Source: a virus
Lineage: Duplodnaviria; Heunggongvirae; Uroviricota; Caudoviricetes
IMG/VR virus record: IMGVR_UViG_3300031994_000001
Span: 1-55,798 of that record
Length of the DNA: 55,798 nt
Direction: 5' to 3' (one strand)
Under the pieces are notes generated by a model. That model made no database searches. It saw only the letters and a list, made by a program, of their open reading frames with translations, and had not been told where the DNA came from. Positions within the stretch are counted from its first letter, which is position 1; every line of letters begins with the position of its first letter. Positions 19,019-26,998 of this stretch are shown here, in pieces. A program made the translations under genes and the position numbers.

Positions 19019-19219
19019 ATGAGTGCAAACCTTAATGATTTGATAAAGTCGAAACTGTTTTCTATCGGCGAGGAACAAGCCGAAACAGTCAAGCAGGAAA
19101 TTGACAAACTCTGCAAAGCGGAATCTTCATCTGTTGATGAACTTACCAAGTTGGAGGAATATTTGAGAAAGAAAATGCTTGACGAACTTGCCATACCGAA
19201 AGAACGGTTCAATCAATAG
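19019..19219 (+). CDS. Small hypothetical protein
   Basis: 66 aa MSANLNDLIK..., AT-rich upstream context. Confidence 0.65.
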   Translation: MSANLNDLIKSKLFSIGEEQAETVKQEIDKLCKAESSSVDELTKLEEYLRKKMLDELAIPKERFNQ

Positions 19220-19351
19220 AAACAATCCGCAAACCCGAAACGAGAGGGTGTGGGTAATAAGCCTCGTCCTGCACTTCGTAGAAAGCAGGTAGAGCGAGAA
19301 CGGTGGCAACGCCGCGCTATCAAGATTAAATAACTACTGCGGATTCATTTT

Positions 19352-19436
19352 GGTCAAGTGGCGGAATTGGCAGACGCGATAGACTCAAAATCTATTGCCC
19401 GATAAGGGCGTGAGGGTTCGACCCCCTCCTTGACCA
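19352..19436 (+). tRNA. tRNA-Leu(CAA)
   Basis: ataga-ctCAAaa-tctat. Confidence 0.92.
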
Positions 19437-19541
19437 CGCTGAAAGCGGCTGCATACCGTGAGTACGTTGGCGTTTCGGATTTTCTAATTGTTGGTGCTAC
19501 GCTTTTTGTGGTTGCGCACAACAGTCCCCTAATGGAGCAAT

Positions 19542-19612
19542 GTCTGCGTGTCCGAGTGGTTAGGAGGCGGTCTGCAAAACCGTCAACGGCGGTTCAATTC
19601 CGTCCGCAGACT
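19542..19612 (+). tRNA. tRNA-Cys(GCA)
   Basis: gcggt-ctGCAaa-accgt, U73. Confidence 0.92.
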
Positions 19613-19621
19613 CGTTATATG

Positions 19622-19649
19622 GGGGTTGTAATTCAATGGTAGAGCATCG
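19622..19649 (+). pseudogene. tRNA 5' fragment truncated by endonuclease cassette
   Basis: ggggttg-ta-attcaatggtagagc-atcg then TATAAATA (19650-19657). Confidence 0.6.
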
Positions 19650-19674
19650 TATAAATATTATAAAAAATGATATT

Positions 19675-20478
19675 ATGTATGTATGCAAATATTGTGGAAA
19701 AGAATTAAAAAGACCTTGTGCATTGGGAATACACGAGCGTACTTGTAAAAACAACCCAAACCGAAAACCTTTGGAAAAACACGTATGTGGTTATGGCATA
19801 TATCGTGCAAAAACATCAAATGTTGAAGATAATAGAAGATGTAAGTTTTGTGGAAAGGCTTGTAAAAATGAGAATTCTTGTCAAAATCACGAGCGTACTT
19901 GTCCTAAAAATCCAGATAGGAAGTATGTCAATGGTATGAAAGGAAAACCTGCTTGGAATAAAGGTTTGACAAAGGAAACTGATTCTCGTGTTGCAAAATC
20001 CGCAAATACATTAAAACAAAGATATGCTGATAAAATATATACATCACCGTCAAAGGGTAAATCAATGTCAGAAGAGCAAAAGAAAAAAATTTCAGATACA
20101 ATGAAACGGTATTTATCTGATAATCCAAGCAAAACACCGTATGTGTTAAATCATCATTCGCACGGTGATAGTTATCCAGAAAAATATTTTAAAAGTATTT
20201 TTGATTTTAATAATATAAAATATGAACAAAATTATTTTACTTGTGGTTATTTTTTGGATTTTGCTTTTGTTGATTCTAAACAATATATTGAAATTGACGG
20301 GGAACAGCACTATGTTGACAATAGGATAGTGAAACACGATAAAATACGAACAGATAAATTACTTAAAAACGGATGGGAATGTATTATGCGTGTTCGTTGG
20401 AGTGAATATAAAAAAATGGAAAAATCAGAACAAGAAGAATTTGTTACAAATATGATTAAATTAATAATGTCGCGGTAG
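19675..20478 (+). CDS. Free-standing homing-type endonuclease (Zn fingers, NUMOD3-like motifs, DUF559/Vsr-like nuclease)
   Basis: Two CxxC..HERTC fingers, KGKPAWNKGLTKE and MSEEQKKKISD motifs, FLDFA..YIEIDGEQH..HDKIRTDKL..GW; visibly more AT-rich than flanks. Confidence 0.8.
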   Translation: MYVCKYCGKELKRPCALGIHERTCKNNPNRKPLEKHVCGYGIYRAKTSNVEDNRRCKFCGKACKNENSCQNHERTCPKNPDRKYVNGMKGKPAWNKGLTKETDSRVAKSANTLKQRYADKIYTSPSKGKSMSEEQKKKISDTMKRYLSDNPSKTPYVLNHHSHGDSYPEKYFKSIFDFNNIKYEQNYFTCGYFLDFAFVDSKQYIEIDGEQHYVDNRIVKHDKIRTDKLLKNGWECIMRVRWSEYKKMEKSEQEEFVTNMIKLIMSR

Positions 20479-20541
20479 CATAATTGGTAATGCTCTTGAC
20501 TTTTAATCAAGAGAGTACGAGTTCGAGTCTCGTCCGCGACA
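20469..20541 (+). tRNA. tRNA-Lys(TTT)
   Basis: cttga-ctTTTaa-tcaag; overlaps endonuclease stop codon. Confidence 0.9.
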
Positions 20542-20560
20542 CAATTCAAAACCGATTGTT

Positions 20561-20716
20561 ATGTGGATAGTGATATTGTTTCTGTTTTTAGTTTTTGCGA
20601 TAATAATCCTTGCTGTCGGTATAATCTGCGCTATGTTGGGTGAAGCCAACAAGCCGTTGGACGACTACAAAAGGGATGATTGCATAGGGGAATTTGACGA
20701 TTTGAACGGGATATAG
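20561..20716 (+). CDS. Small single-TM protein (51 aa)
   Basis: MWIVILFLFLVFAIIILAVGIICAMLG + acidic tail; below ORF-track cutoff. Confidence 0.55.
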   Translation: MWIVILFLFLVFAIIILAVGIICAMLGEANKPLDDYKRDDCIGEFDDLNGI

Positions 20717-20729
20717 GGCGAATACTCAC

Positions 20730-21062
20730 GCGAGTTGTGTGCCGCAATAACCACGACAAAATGGGGTCGGTACGGGAAAGCGGAGGAATAGTGCAAACAT
20801 TGGGTCGGTACGCTTTAGACCGCTGAAGATAAGTGGCGGGGTCTCGGTGTCTCCAAGTGACTACGGAACTCTTGGAATGAGTGCTTTTTATTGTTAATCA
20901 TAAATCATCCAAACAGCCAAGCGAGGTGTGTGCTGAACATAACCACGGCAAAATGGTGTCGGTACGGGAAAACGGCAGAAATATGGTACTCATCGGGTTG
21001 GCACGCTTTAGACCGCTGAACATAAGTGGCGGAATCTCGGTGCATCCAAGTGACTACGTAAC
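20730..21062 (+). repeat. Two diverged ~140-bp direct repeats
   Basis: 20730-20869 and 20921-21062 share gtcggtacgggaaa, acgctttagaccgctgaa, tccaagtgactacg. Confidence 0.85.
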
Positions 21063-21139
21063 GATAATGCGATAAGAAAATGGTGTAGAGCATACGGAAT
21101 GTCTGATAAGGCAAAAGATTATAAGAAATGTAATAATTT

Positions 21140-21211
21140 GGGTGAGTAGCAAAATGGTACTGCACTTGACTCTTAATCAAGGGACTGTGGGTCCGAGTCC
21201 CACCTCACCCA
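21140..21211 (+). tRNA. tRNA-Lys(CTT)
   Basis: cttga-ctCTTaa-tcaag; T loop TCC variant. Confidence 0.88.
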
Positions 21212-21218
21212 CAAATAT

Positions 21219-21292
21219 TGGCGGGTAGTTCAATGGATTAGAACGGTTGACTTCTAATCAACTGGTTATGGGTTCGAGTCCCATCTCGCCAA
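21219..21292 (+). tRNA. tRNA-Arg(TCT)
   Basis: gttga-ctTCTaa-tcaac. Confidence 0.9.
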
Positions 21293-21539
21293 CAAGGTTA
21301 AAATGTCGGAAAATGTCACTTCGTGTGGGACGCGAACACACAGTACGGCAGGCGGTGACAAAGAGTATGGTTAAGTATAAAATCGCCGTTGTATCGTTTG
21401 CGCAAACGGTGCAATGTGAAATGATAGTCGTCTTGGTGTGTACAGCCATTCGGTGAAAGGGGCGAATCTAAAACACATCTACCGCAACCTTTTTTCTTGA
21501 AGAAAAACGCTTGTTTTTTAGCGATATAAATAAAAAAGT

Positions 21540-21611
21540 GCCAGCGTAGCATAATGGTAGTGCAACTGATTTGTAATCAGTCGGTTGTGGGTTCGACTCC
21601 CTCCGCTGGCT
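21540..21611 (+). tRNA. tRNA-Thr(TGT)
   Basis: actga-ttTGTaa-tcagt; TATAAATA at 21525-21532. Confidence 0.9.
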
Positions 21612-21634
21612 CAATTTTCTAAACCTATAATCCA

Positions 21635-21907
21635 ATGACACAAGAGGAGATAGATTGCAGGGCTGCTGATTACGCGCACGAAAAAGGTGTTGAGCCTAAC
21701 ACACTCGTTCCCATACCAAAGAAAGATTTGGAAGTTGGCGCGACTTACGGTGGCGAGTGCAGGAATGCGAGTAAAGCGGTTTGGAATGGCAAAGTGTTCA
21801 CATACAAACGCTACAAATTCGGCGACATATTTGATGAGGACATAAACCATTTCGAGGACGATGACGGATATGATGTTTTCGTTCCATTTGAGAAAATAAA
21901 AGTATAA
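21635..21907 (+). CDS. Hypothetical protein
   Basis: 90 aa ORF, YGGECRNA..AVWNGKVF..INHFEDDDGYDVFVP. Confidence 0.75.
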   Translation: MTQEEIDCRAADYAHEKGVEPNTLVPIPKKDLEVGATYGGECRNASKAVWNGKVFTYKRYKFGDIFDEDINHFEDDDGYDVFVPFEKIKV

Positions 21908-21930
21908 AAATCAACTTGTATAATATATAA

Positions 21931-22097
21931 ACATTGGTCAGTAGAAGACCTTAAAACCTCGGTGGGGAACACCGAGTACAGTCGTGGAGTTATGAACAAA
22001 CCAAGTGGAACAATCAAGTTAATTGATGACTGCTTGGATAACAGTGAAGCGATTATTGAACTTGAAGTCCTACAAGACTAAAGGGATAATTCCGAAA
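21931..22097 (+). mobile_element. ~170-bp dispersed element copy 1, possible tnpB 3' end/omegaRNA remnant
   Basis: Closely similar inverted copy at 48897-49073; ctcggtg-gggaa-caccgag hairpin; vestigial frame SVGNTEYSRG. Confidence 0.5.
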
Positions 22098-22269
22098 TTG
22101 GAGACACGCAACTAATGCTCCGAGTGGACGCTTGCACACTTATTTAGGTTAAGCCGACCCCGTAGAGAGACCACGGATTGCCCAAGCGCAGGGCTTACCG
22201 TTGCGGGGGGAAGTGATACAGAATGGACAGAGGGATTGTTGCTTACCCTTTGCCAAAGTTTCTCAAAAT

Positions 22270-22342
22270 GCGGGCATAGCACAGTTGGTAGTGCGTGACG
22301 TTGCCAACGTCAAGGTCGCGGGTTCGAATCCCGTTGCCCGCT
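22270..22342 (+). tRNA. tRNA-Gly(GCC)
   Basis: tgacg-ttGCCaa-cgtca. Confidence 0.92.
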
Positions 22343-22416
22343 CAACTGAAACATAAAACGTGTGCGGCTTGGTTATTAGGAGGCTTGCGCCCGCCCAAGA
22401 CCCTACCACGTTCTTT

Positions 22417-22489
22417 CGGGTAGTAACGCAGTTGGTAGCGTGCTGCATTTGGGATGCAGAAGTCGAAGGTTCGAGTCCTTTCTACCCGA
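22417..22489 (+). tRNA. tRNA-Pro(TGG)
   Basis: ctgca-ttTGGga-tgcag. Confidence 0.92.
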
Positions 22490-22521
22490 CAACCTCATAC
22501 TAAAAAAGATTATAGAAAAAC

Positions 22522-22663
22522 GGGGCATAGGATGCTTAAACGGGATGGAATCTGGCTACCCGCCCAATGACCTCCTTTCTTGGGCGGCAGGAGCATCGCG
22601 CTTGGGTTTTATAAAAATTTTACCCATTTGCCGCAAGGCGAAGTTCGAATCAGCATTGCTCCA
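22522..22663 (+). ncRNA. tRNA-like RNA with expanded arms
   Basis: ggggca/tgctcc-a ends, gatgctt/gagcatc, tgggt/accca, GCAA hairpin, GTTCGAATC. Confidence 0.5.
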
Positions 22664-22664
22664 C

Positions 22665-22762
22665 AAAATCTGTGCGGGGTTTTTCTCGTAGGAGAAATCA
22701 TCCGCAATTACTAAAATGGTTACATTGAGTTCGATTCTCAAACTTCACCTCGTACAGATTTT
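22665..22762 (+). ncRNA. Long-stem RNA with T arm (tRNA/Y-RNA-like)
   Basis: aaaatctgtgcgggg/cctcgtacagatttt; ttgag-ttcgatt-ctcaa. Confidence 0.55.
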
Positions 22763-22789
22763 TTTTACGAAAAAACAAAACAGACATAT

Positions 22790-22887
22790 ACTGCGCGGGT
22801 TTGCGCCATTCGGGGCGCATCTTTCTTGAACAAGAAAGACCCCTGCATTAGAAACGGAATTAGTTCGACTCTAATAACCCGTGCAGT
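22790..22887 (+). ncRNA. Long-stem RNA with T arm (tRNA/Y-RNA-like)
   Basis: actgcgcgggtt/aacccgtgcagt; attag-ttcgact-ctaat. Confidence 0.6.
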
Positions 22888-22928
22888 TTTTTCTTTGTTC
22901 ATACATAACTTATATATAAATTTAATAT

Positions 22929-23005
22929 GGCGTGGGTAGTTCAGTTGGCAGAACAGCAGATTGTGGTTCTGTTAGTCGTGGGTTCGAATCCCACCCCACG
23001 CCCCA
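22929..23005 (+). tRNA. tRNA-His(GTG)
   Basis: G-1, gcaga-ttGTGgt-tctgt, C73, encoded CCA. Confidence 0.92.
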
Positions 23006-23047
23006 ATCGGCACTTTCACGCATCAAGGCGCGTGGATTTGTTTGTTT

Positions 23048-23120
23048 GTCGCTGTAGCGGAGTTGGTTCTTGCGCCTCTCTCATAAGGAGGAGACGGTGG
23101 TTCGAACCCACCCAGCGGCA
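23048..23120 (+). tRNA. tRNA-Met(CAT), elongator-like
   Basis: cctct-ctCATaa-ggagg. Confidence 0.85.
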
Positions 23121-23255
23121 CATACATAATGCCAAAGTTGTGTTCCTTCGTTGTGGACACATTGCGGGTCTTTGAAAGGCTACTGTAAAATCCCATACGG
23201 TCAGTACCCGTGATTAGTTTAAGATGACGATACAAAATTGGTTTGGCATTTTTAT

Positions 23256-23330
23256 GCGAGGTTAGTTCAGTTGGTGCAGAACACCTGCCCTACAAGCAGG
23301 GAGTCGGGGGTTCAAATCCCTCACCTCGCA
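23256..23330 (+). tRNA. tRNA-Val(TAC), C33
   Basis: cctgc-ccTACaa-gcagg. Confidence 0.85.
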
Positions 23331-23333
23331 CAC

Positions 23334-23477
23334 TGTTGAGTGAGAAGGAATTGGCATACTTCCGCTTGAAGCCGCTGTCGTGAGCGGTTATATAGTGGTC
23401 TTGGGAGTGAGACGTAAAGGTCGCCCGTTGGTCACGAAGCACCAACGGTACTGCGGGTTCGAGTCCCGTCTCGGCAG
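23334..23477 (+). ncRNA. tRNA-like RNA with elongated anticodon arm and double-hairpin variable region
   Basis: tgttgag/ctcggca, Leu/Ser-type D arm gaaggaattggcatacttc, gcggg-ttcgagt-cccgt. Confidence 0.65.
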
Positions 23478-23652
23478 CAAATGGTCAGCCCAAACTGACG
23501 ATTCGGTTTTGCGGTTACATAGTGAGGAACTGCACGGCGTGCGTAACGGTGTCGCGTAAGCGTCCGCGCCGTAAAGGTGTTCGGTGGGAGTTGTGTTAAG
23601 ACCGAGCAACGGCTTTGCGCATTTGGGAAAGCGCGGGGCAAGACCGTTTTTC

Positions 23653-23741
23653 GGAGGGATACCCAAGTGGTTGAAGGGGACGGTTTGCTAAACCGTTAGG
23701 TCGTGAAGAGCGGCGCGAGGGTTCGAATCCCTCTCCCTCCG
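23653..23741 (+). tRNA. tRNA-Ser(GCT)
   Basis: acggt-ttGCTaa-accgt, long variable arm. Confidence 0.93.
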
Positions 23742-23761
23742 CAAATTCTAAATGCTAACTT

Positions 23762-24199
23762 ATGTCAAAAGAGGAAATCGAAAAGGAAATGTCTGATTTG
23801 AGATTCGATATTGCTATGGAGGCTGATTCGGTTATTGTTGCGTGTATGGAGCGCAGGCTGAAAGAACTTGAGGAACAGAAGAAGAATATGGAAAACAAAC
23901 CGATTGGTTTGGCGGGCAATATGCTTCATTTTTTCATTTATGCCGATGGAGAGGTCAAGTTGTTTAAGGAAGTATATTCGCCGAACACCTATTGTGACAA
24001 AGGTACGGTAAGACAGCAATGTTCCGATATAGCGTTGGCTTTCGCTGCGGAAAACGCCGATGCCGATTACAAGAATATCAAACTCAAATTGAACCTCAAC
24101 TATGATACAGCAGTTTCGGAGTTCAGTTGGGATTCGTTTGTCACCAACCCGATACGCTGCGCGGTTGATGTGGTTTCCAAATTGAGGTGCGGCTGTTAG
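23762..24199 (+). CDS. Hypothetical protein
   Basis: 145 aa ORF. Confidence 0.7.
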   Translation: MSKEEIEKEMSDLRFDIAMEADSVIVACMERRLKELEEQKKNMENKPIGLAGNMLHFFIYADGEVKLFKEVYSPNTYCDKGTVRQQCSDIALAFAAENADADYKNIKLKLNLNYDTAVSEFSWDSFVTNPIRCAVDVVSKLRCGC

Positions 24200-24205
24200 A
24201 TACAA

Positions 24206-24280
24206 CGGGATTTGGTTGTAGTATTCTGTGGGGTCAGCCCAAAAAATGTCTGGGTGTCGGTTCGAGTCCGAAAGTTCCGC
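24206..24280 (+). pseudogene. Degenerate tRNA-like sequence
   Basis: cgggattt/aagttccg and tcgg-ttcgagt-ccga; no canonical D or anticodon arm. Confidence 0.4.
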
Positions 24281-24315
24281 TCCGACCAATTTGCGCAAAA
24301 TCCCGTTTTTTAAAT

Positions 24316-24386
24316 AGGAGTGTAGTTCAATGGTAGAATGTCGGTCTCCAAAACCGAGGATGGAGGTTCGAATCCTTCCGCTCCTG
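24316..24386 (+). tRNA. tRNA-Trp(CCA)
   Basis: tcggt-ctCCAaa-accga. Confidence 0.93.
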
Positions 24387-24422
24387 CAACAGAAATTTCA
24401 ATTTTTTATTATATGTGTATAT

Positions 24423-24510
24423 GGAGGGGTGGCAGAGTGGTCTATCGCGGCGGTCTTGAAAACCGTTGGGCGTAACAGCCCCGTGGGTTCGAATCCCACC
24501 CCCTCCGCCA
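24423..24510 (+). tRNA. tRNA-Ser(TGA)
   Basis: gcggt-ctTGAaa-accgt, encoded CCA. Confidence 0.93.
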
Positions 24511-24529
24511 ATTTTTAATCTCATTCAAT

Positions 24530-24802
24530 ATGACGCAGGAAGAAATAAAAGAGTATATCGAAGAGATGGAGTACGAATCCGTCACTTTGTTTGAAAGCCC
24601 GACATACGATACCGCCTGCATAGGCATATCCGAGGACGAAAGGGCTGTCTATGACTACGATTTAATGGTGCAGCATCTTATGGAAAAAGACGGTATGACC
24701 TCCGAAGAAGCGGAGGATTTCATCTGCTATAACACCATAAGGGCATTGCCTTATTTTGACAAAGCACCGATTATCGTCAGACCATTTCCAAAGGCGGAGT
24801 AA
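24530..24802 (+). CDS. Hypothetical phage protein
   Basis: YDTACIG..AVYDYDLMV..DGMT.EEAEDFI.YNTI pattern common in phage small proteins. Confidence 0.75.
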   Translation: MTQEEIKEYIEEMEYESVTLFESPTYDTACIGISEDERAVYDYDLMVQHLMEKDGMTSEEAEDFICYNTIRALPYFDKAPIIVRPFPKAE

Positions 24803-24803
24803 T

Positions 24804-25103
24804 ATGATGCAGGTTGACTTCAACAAGTGTTATGTGCTGAAAAACGACACCACGTATTTCTGCGTTCCGTTGCAAAGGCGTGTTTCGTTTCCCGAAAAGA
24901 TAGTTGTCCGTGCAAGACAAAAAAGTGCATTGCCTATATTTGCCAACAGACCCGACAGTGTGCGTTGGTTCGGCACGATTGTTGACACTTCTGGTGGGCG
25001 CGATTTTGACACGGGTAACGAGATTGAGTTCTTTGCGGAGGATGTTGAGGAAGAATACGAGTTTAGGGATAACTTGCAACTTGTTTGGTTTCATTTACCT
25101 TAA
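24804..25103 (+). CDS. Hypothetical protein
   Basis: ATG directly after previous stop. Confidence 0.65.
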   Translation: MMQVDFNKCYVLKNDTTYFCVPLQRRVSFPEKIVVRARQKSALPIFANRPDSVRWFGTIVDTSGGRDFDTGNEIEFFAEDVEEEYEFRDNLQLVWFHLP

Positions 25104-25111
25104 AATAAACT

Positions 25112-26128
25112 ATGATTAGTATCGTAACTCCTGCGAATAGGGTTCTTCCGTGGCAAAATCTTCGTCTTATAAATGTATGTTCACAAGATTTTGAAGATTG
25201 GGAATGGATTATTCTTGATAATTCAAAAAACGGCTGCTTTAAAGAATATGTTGAGCGTTTTTTCGTTGAAATGCAGGGTGTTCATTATAAGCACTGCAAG
25301 GATAAAATCAAGGTGTACCACGAGCCGCTTGAAGGCATAACTGCTGAAAACGGACGGTTTGGCATTATGAGGAACAGATGTATAGACCTTGTTTCTTATG
25401 ATGGCGATTGCGATGTCATACTTGTACTTGACAGTGATGATTTTCTATATGACGGTGCGCTGTCAAGGATTCAGAATGCCGTTGACACGCATAAGGACAG
25501 CGAATTGTTTACTGGTATGCGTTCTTGGTCTTTATGCCAAGATGTTATTGAAAATGTTATTGAATATCATAACACTGAATTGGTGACATTTTCATCGCAA
25601 AATGACAGCAGACCGATAAAAATGCTTGATGACGTTGGATTTTGTGGGGTTGGATATTCTGAATACAGAGAAAAATATCTAAATGGCGATATTAAACTGC
25701 GGCAAATGGTGCGTAGAAAAGATTTTGTGACATTTCCTTGTTTGGATTATAGGTTCGAAAGCAATTTTGTTACATTTGAATACAACCAAGCGTGGTCGTT
25801 TCTTGCATCGGCGGCGCAGCCGATTGCTTTCAAAAAAAGGGCGTTTGCTGATAAGATTGGTGGGTATTGCACGTCTTGTGTTTGTGAAGACAGTGTATAT
25901 TATCTTATGCCGCATAGATTGAAATGCCCAGTTTTTATAAATCATCCGCTTATTATGATTTGTACTGTATGCTGTGGGGAACTTTTTTGTTCGGCGACAA
26001 ACGATGTCATTGAAAACACTGATGAAACGAATAAATTGTACGAAGCCGTTCGGGTTGGAAATTATCTTGACCGATATAATTTCATAAAGGATTGTATGCA
26101 GGTTATAAAACCAATAATTCACGAATAG
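25112..26128 (+). CDS. Glycosyltransferase family 2
   Basis: ISIVTP, SQDFEDWEWIILDNS, RNRCI, VLDSDD. Confidence 0.85.
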   Translation: MISIVTPANRVLPWQNLRLINVCSQDFEDWEWIILDNSKNGCFKEYVERFFVEMQGVHYKHCKDKIKVYHEPLEGITAENGRFGIMRNRCIDLVSYDGDCDVILVLDSDDFLYDGALSRIQNAVDTHKDSELFTGMRSWSLCQDVIENVIEYHNTELVTFSSQNDSRPIKMLDDVGFCGVGYSEYREKYLNGDIKLRQMVRRKDFVTFPCLDYRFESNFVTFEYNQAWSFLASAAQPIAFKKRAFADKIGGYCTSCVCEDSVYYLMPHRLKCPVFINHPLIMICTVCCGELFCSATNDVIENTDETNKLYEAVRVGNYLDRYNFIKDCMQVIKPIIHE

Positions 26129-26130
26129 TA

Positions 26131-26197
26131 TGTTGATAACTTTGTTGATAATTTTTTGCCGAAGCAATGCGTTGTATCAAAAATTTTTGTATTTTTG
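26131..26197 (+). promoter_or_regulatory. Tandem TGTTGATAA boxes + Bacteroidota -7 element TATTTTTG
   Basis: Same layout at 27578-27645 and 36873-36940. Confidence 0.7.
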
Positions 26198-26215
26198 CGG
26201 CATAAAACTATTGTT

Positions 26216-26647
26216 ATGAAAGACAGAAGATACATCATATTGAGAAAGGACAAAGTTAGCGGTGAAATCTGTGGCTATTGTGAAAACTCGTTTAGTATGA
26301 GTTTCGAGGCTAATCGCGTAAAAGTTTATGGCTGTGTTGTGAAGTTGGGAGCGAAACAGTCGGAGAAAAACTACAAATGGTATATTGATAACCCAAAAAG
26401 ATACAAAGGAATACGTGGCGCAAATTCGCCCAACCAAAAACTTTGGTATGAACTTCGGATGTCCGTCAACAGTATGAACGCAAACAGTGATGGTCGGTAT
26501 GAATACAAGTTGTTTAGGCTTGGCGGTCGCTGTCCCGTTGATGTTGACTTCACCGAGTATAATATGATGAAGAGTGGAAAAATGAAATACGACAAATACC
26601 TTTGGCGGAATCAGCCCTTCAAGGTTGTCAACCCCGACAAATGGTAG
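26216..26647 (+). CDS. Hypothetical protein (likely early)
   Basis: ATG downstream of host-type promoter. Confidence 0.7.
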   Translation: MKDRRYIILRKDKVSGEICGYCENSFSMSFEANRVKVYGCVVKLGAKQSEKNYKWYIDNPKRYKGIRGANSPNQKLWYELRMSVNSMNANSDGRYEYKLFRLGGRCPVDVDFTEYNMMKSGKMKYDKYLWRNQPFKVVNPDKW

Positions 26648-26662
26648 GATTTATTGTGATAA

Positions 26663-26903
26663 CGGGCGTGTGGTTAGAACCTTTTGGTTTTGTGTACACG
26701 AACCAATTGCGGCACTTGGTGCAACGGTGCTTTCCCGAAAGTCATTAGTCGGGATAACGCAAGGCATATTTGAAGTTTCCAAATAGGGTATGTTAAGCGT
26801 TATGGCAACAAGAGGAGACTGCGCGTAATAAATGGAAATAAAGGTGCAGTAAGGCGTAAGCCCAATTCCGTTTTTAGGGAGAGTTCAATTCCTCCCCGCC
26901 CGA
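26663..26903 (+). ncRNA. ~240-nt RNA with tRNA-like acceptor/T-arm ends
   Basis: cgggcg/cgcccg-a ends, GTTCAATTC T-loop, hairpin-rich interior. Confidence 0.5.
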
Positions 26904-26911
26904 CAAATTAA

Positions 26912-26987
26912 CGGTAGGTATATCAGTTGGTAGATAGCGTGTCTGATACACACGAAGTCGCAGGTTCGAGTCCTGCCCTACCGACCA
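26912..26987 (+). tRNA. tRNA-Ile(GAT)
   Basis: cgtgt-ctGATac-acacg, encoded CCA. Confidence 0.88.
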
Positions 26988-26998
26988 ACACAAACACT

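Noticed and set aside
19240-19345. HDV-like/theta ribozyme
   Set aside because: Not at a tRNA 3' end and I could not build the nested double pseudoknot by eye
21219-21292. Possible amber suppressor tRNA / TAG recoding as in Lak-type phages
   Set aside because: Loop is ctTCTaa (Arg); long ORFs are intact in code 11 and TAG ends genes at natural boundaries (10159, 17142)
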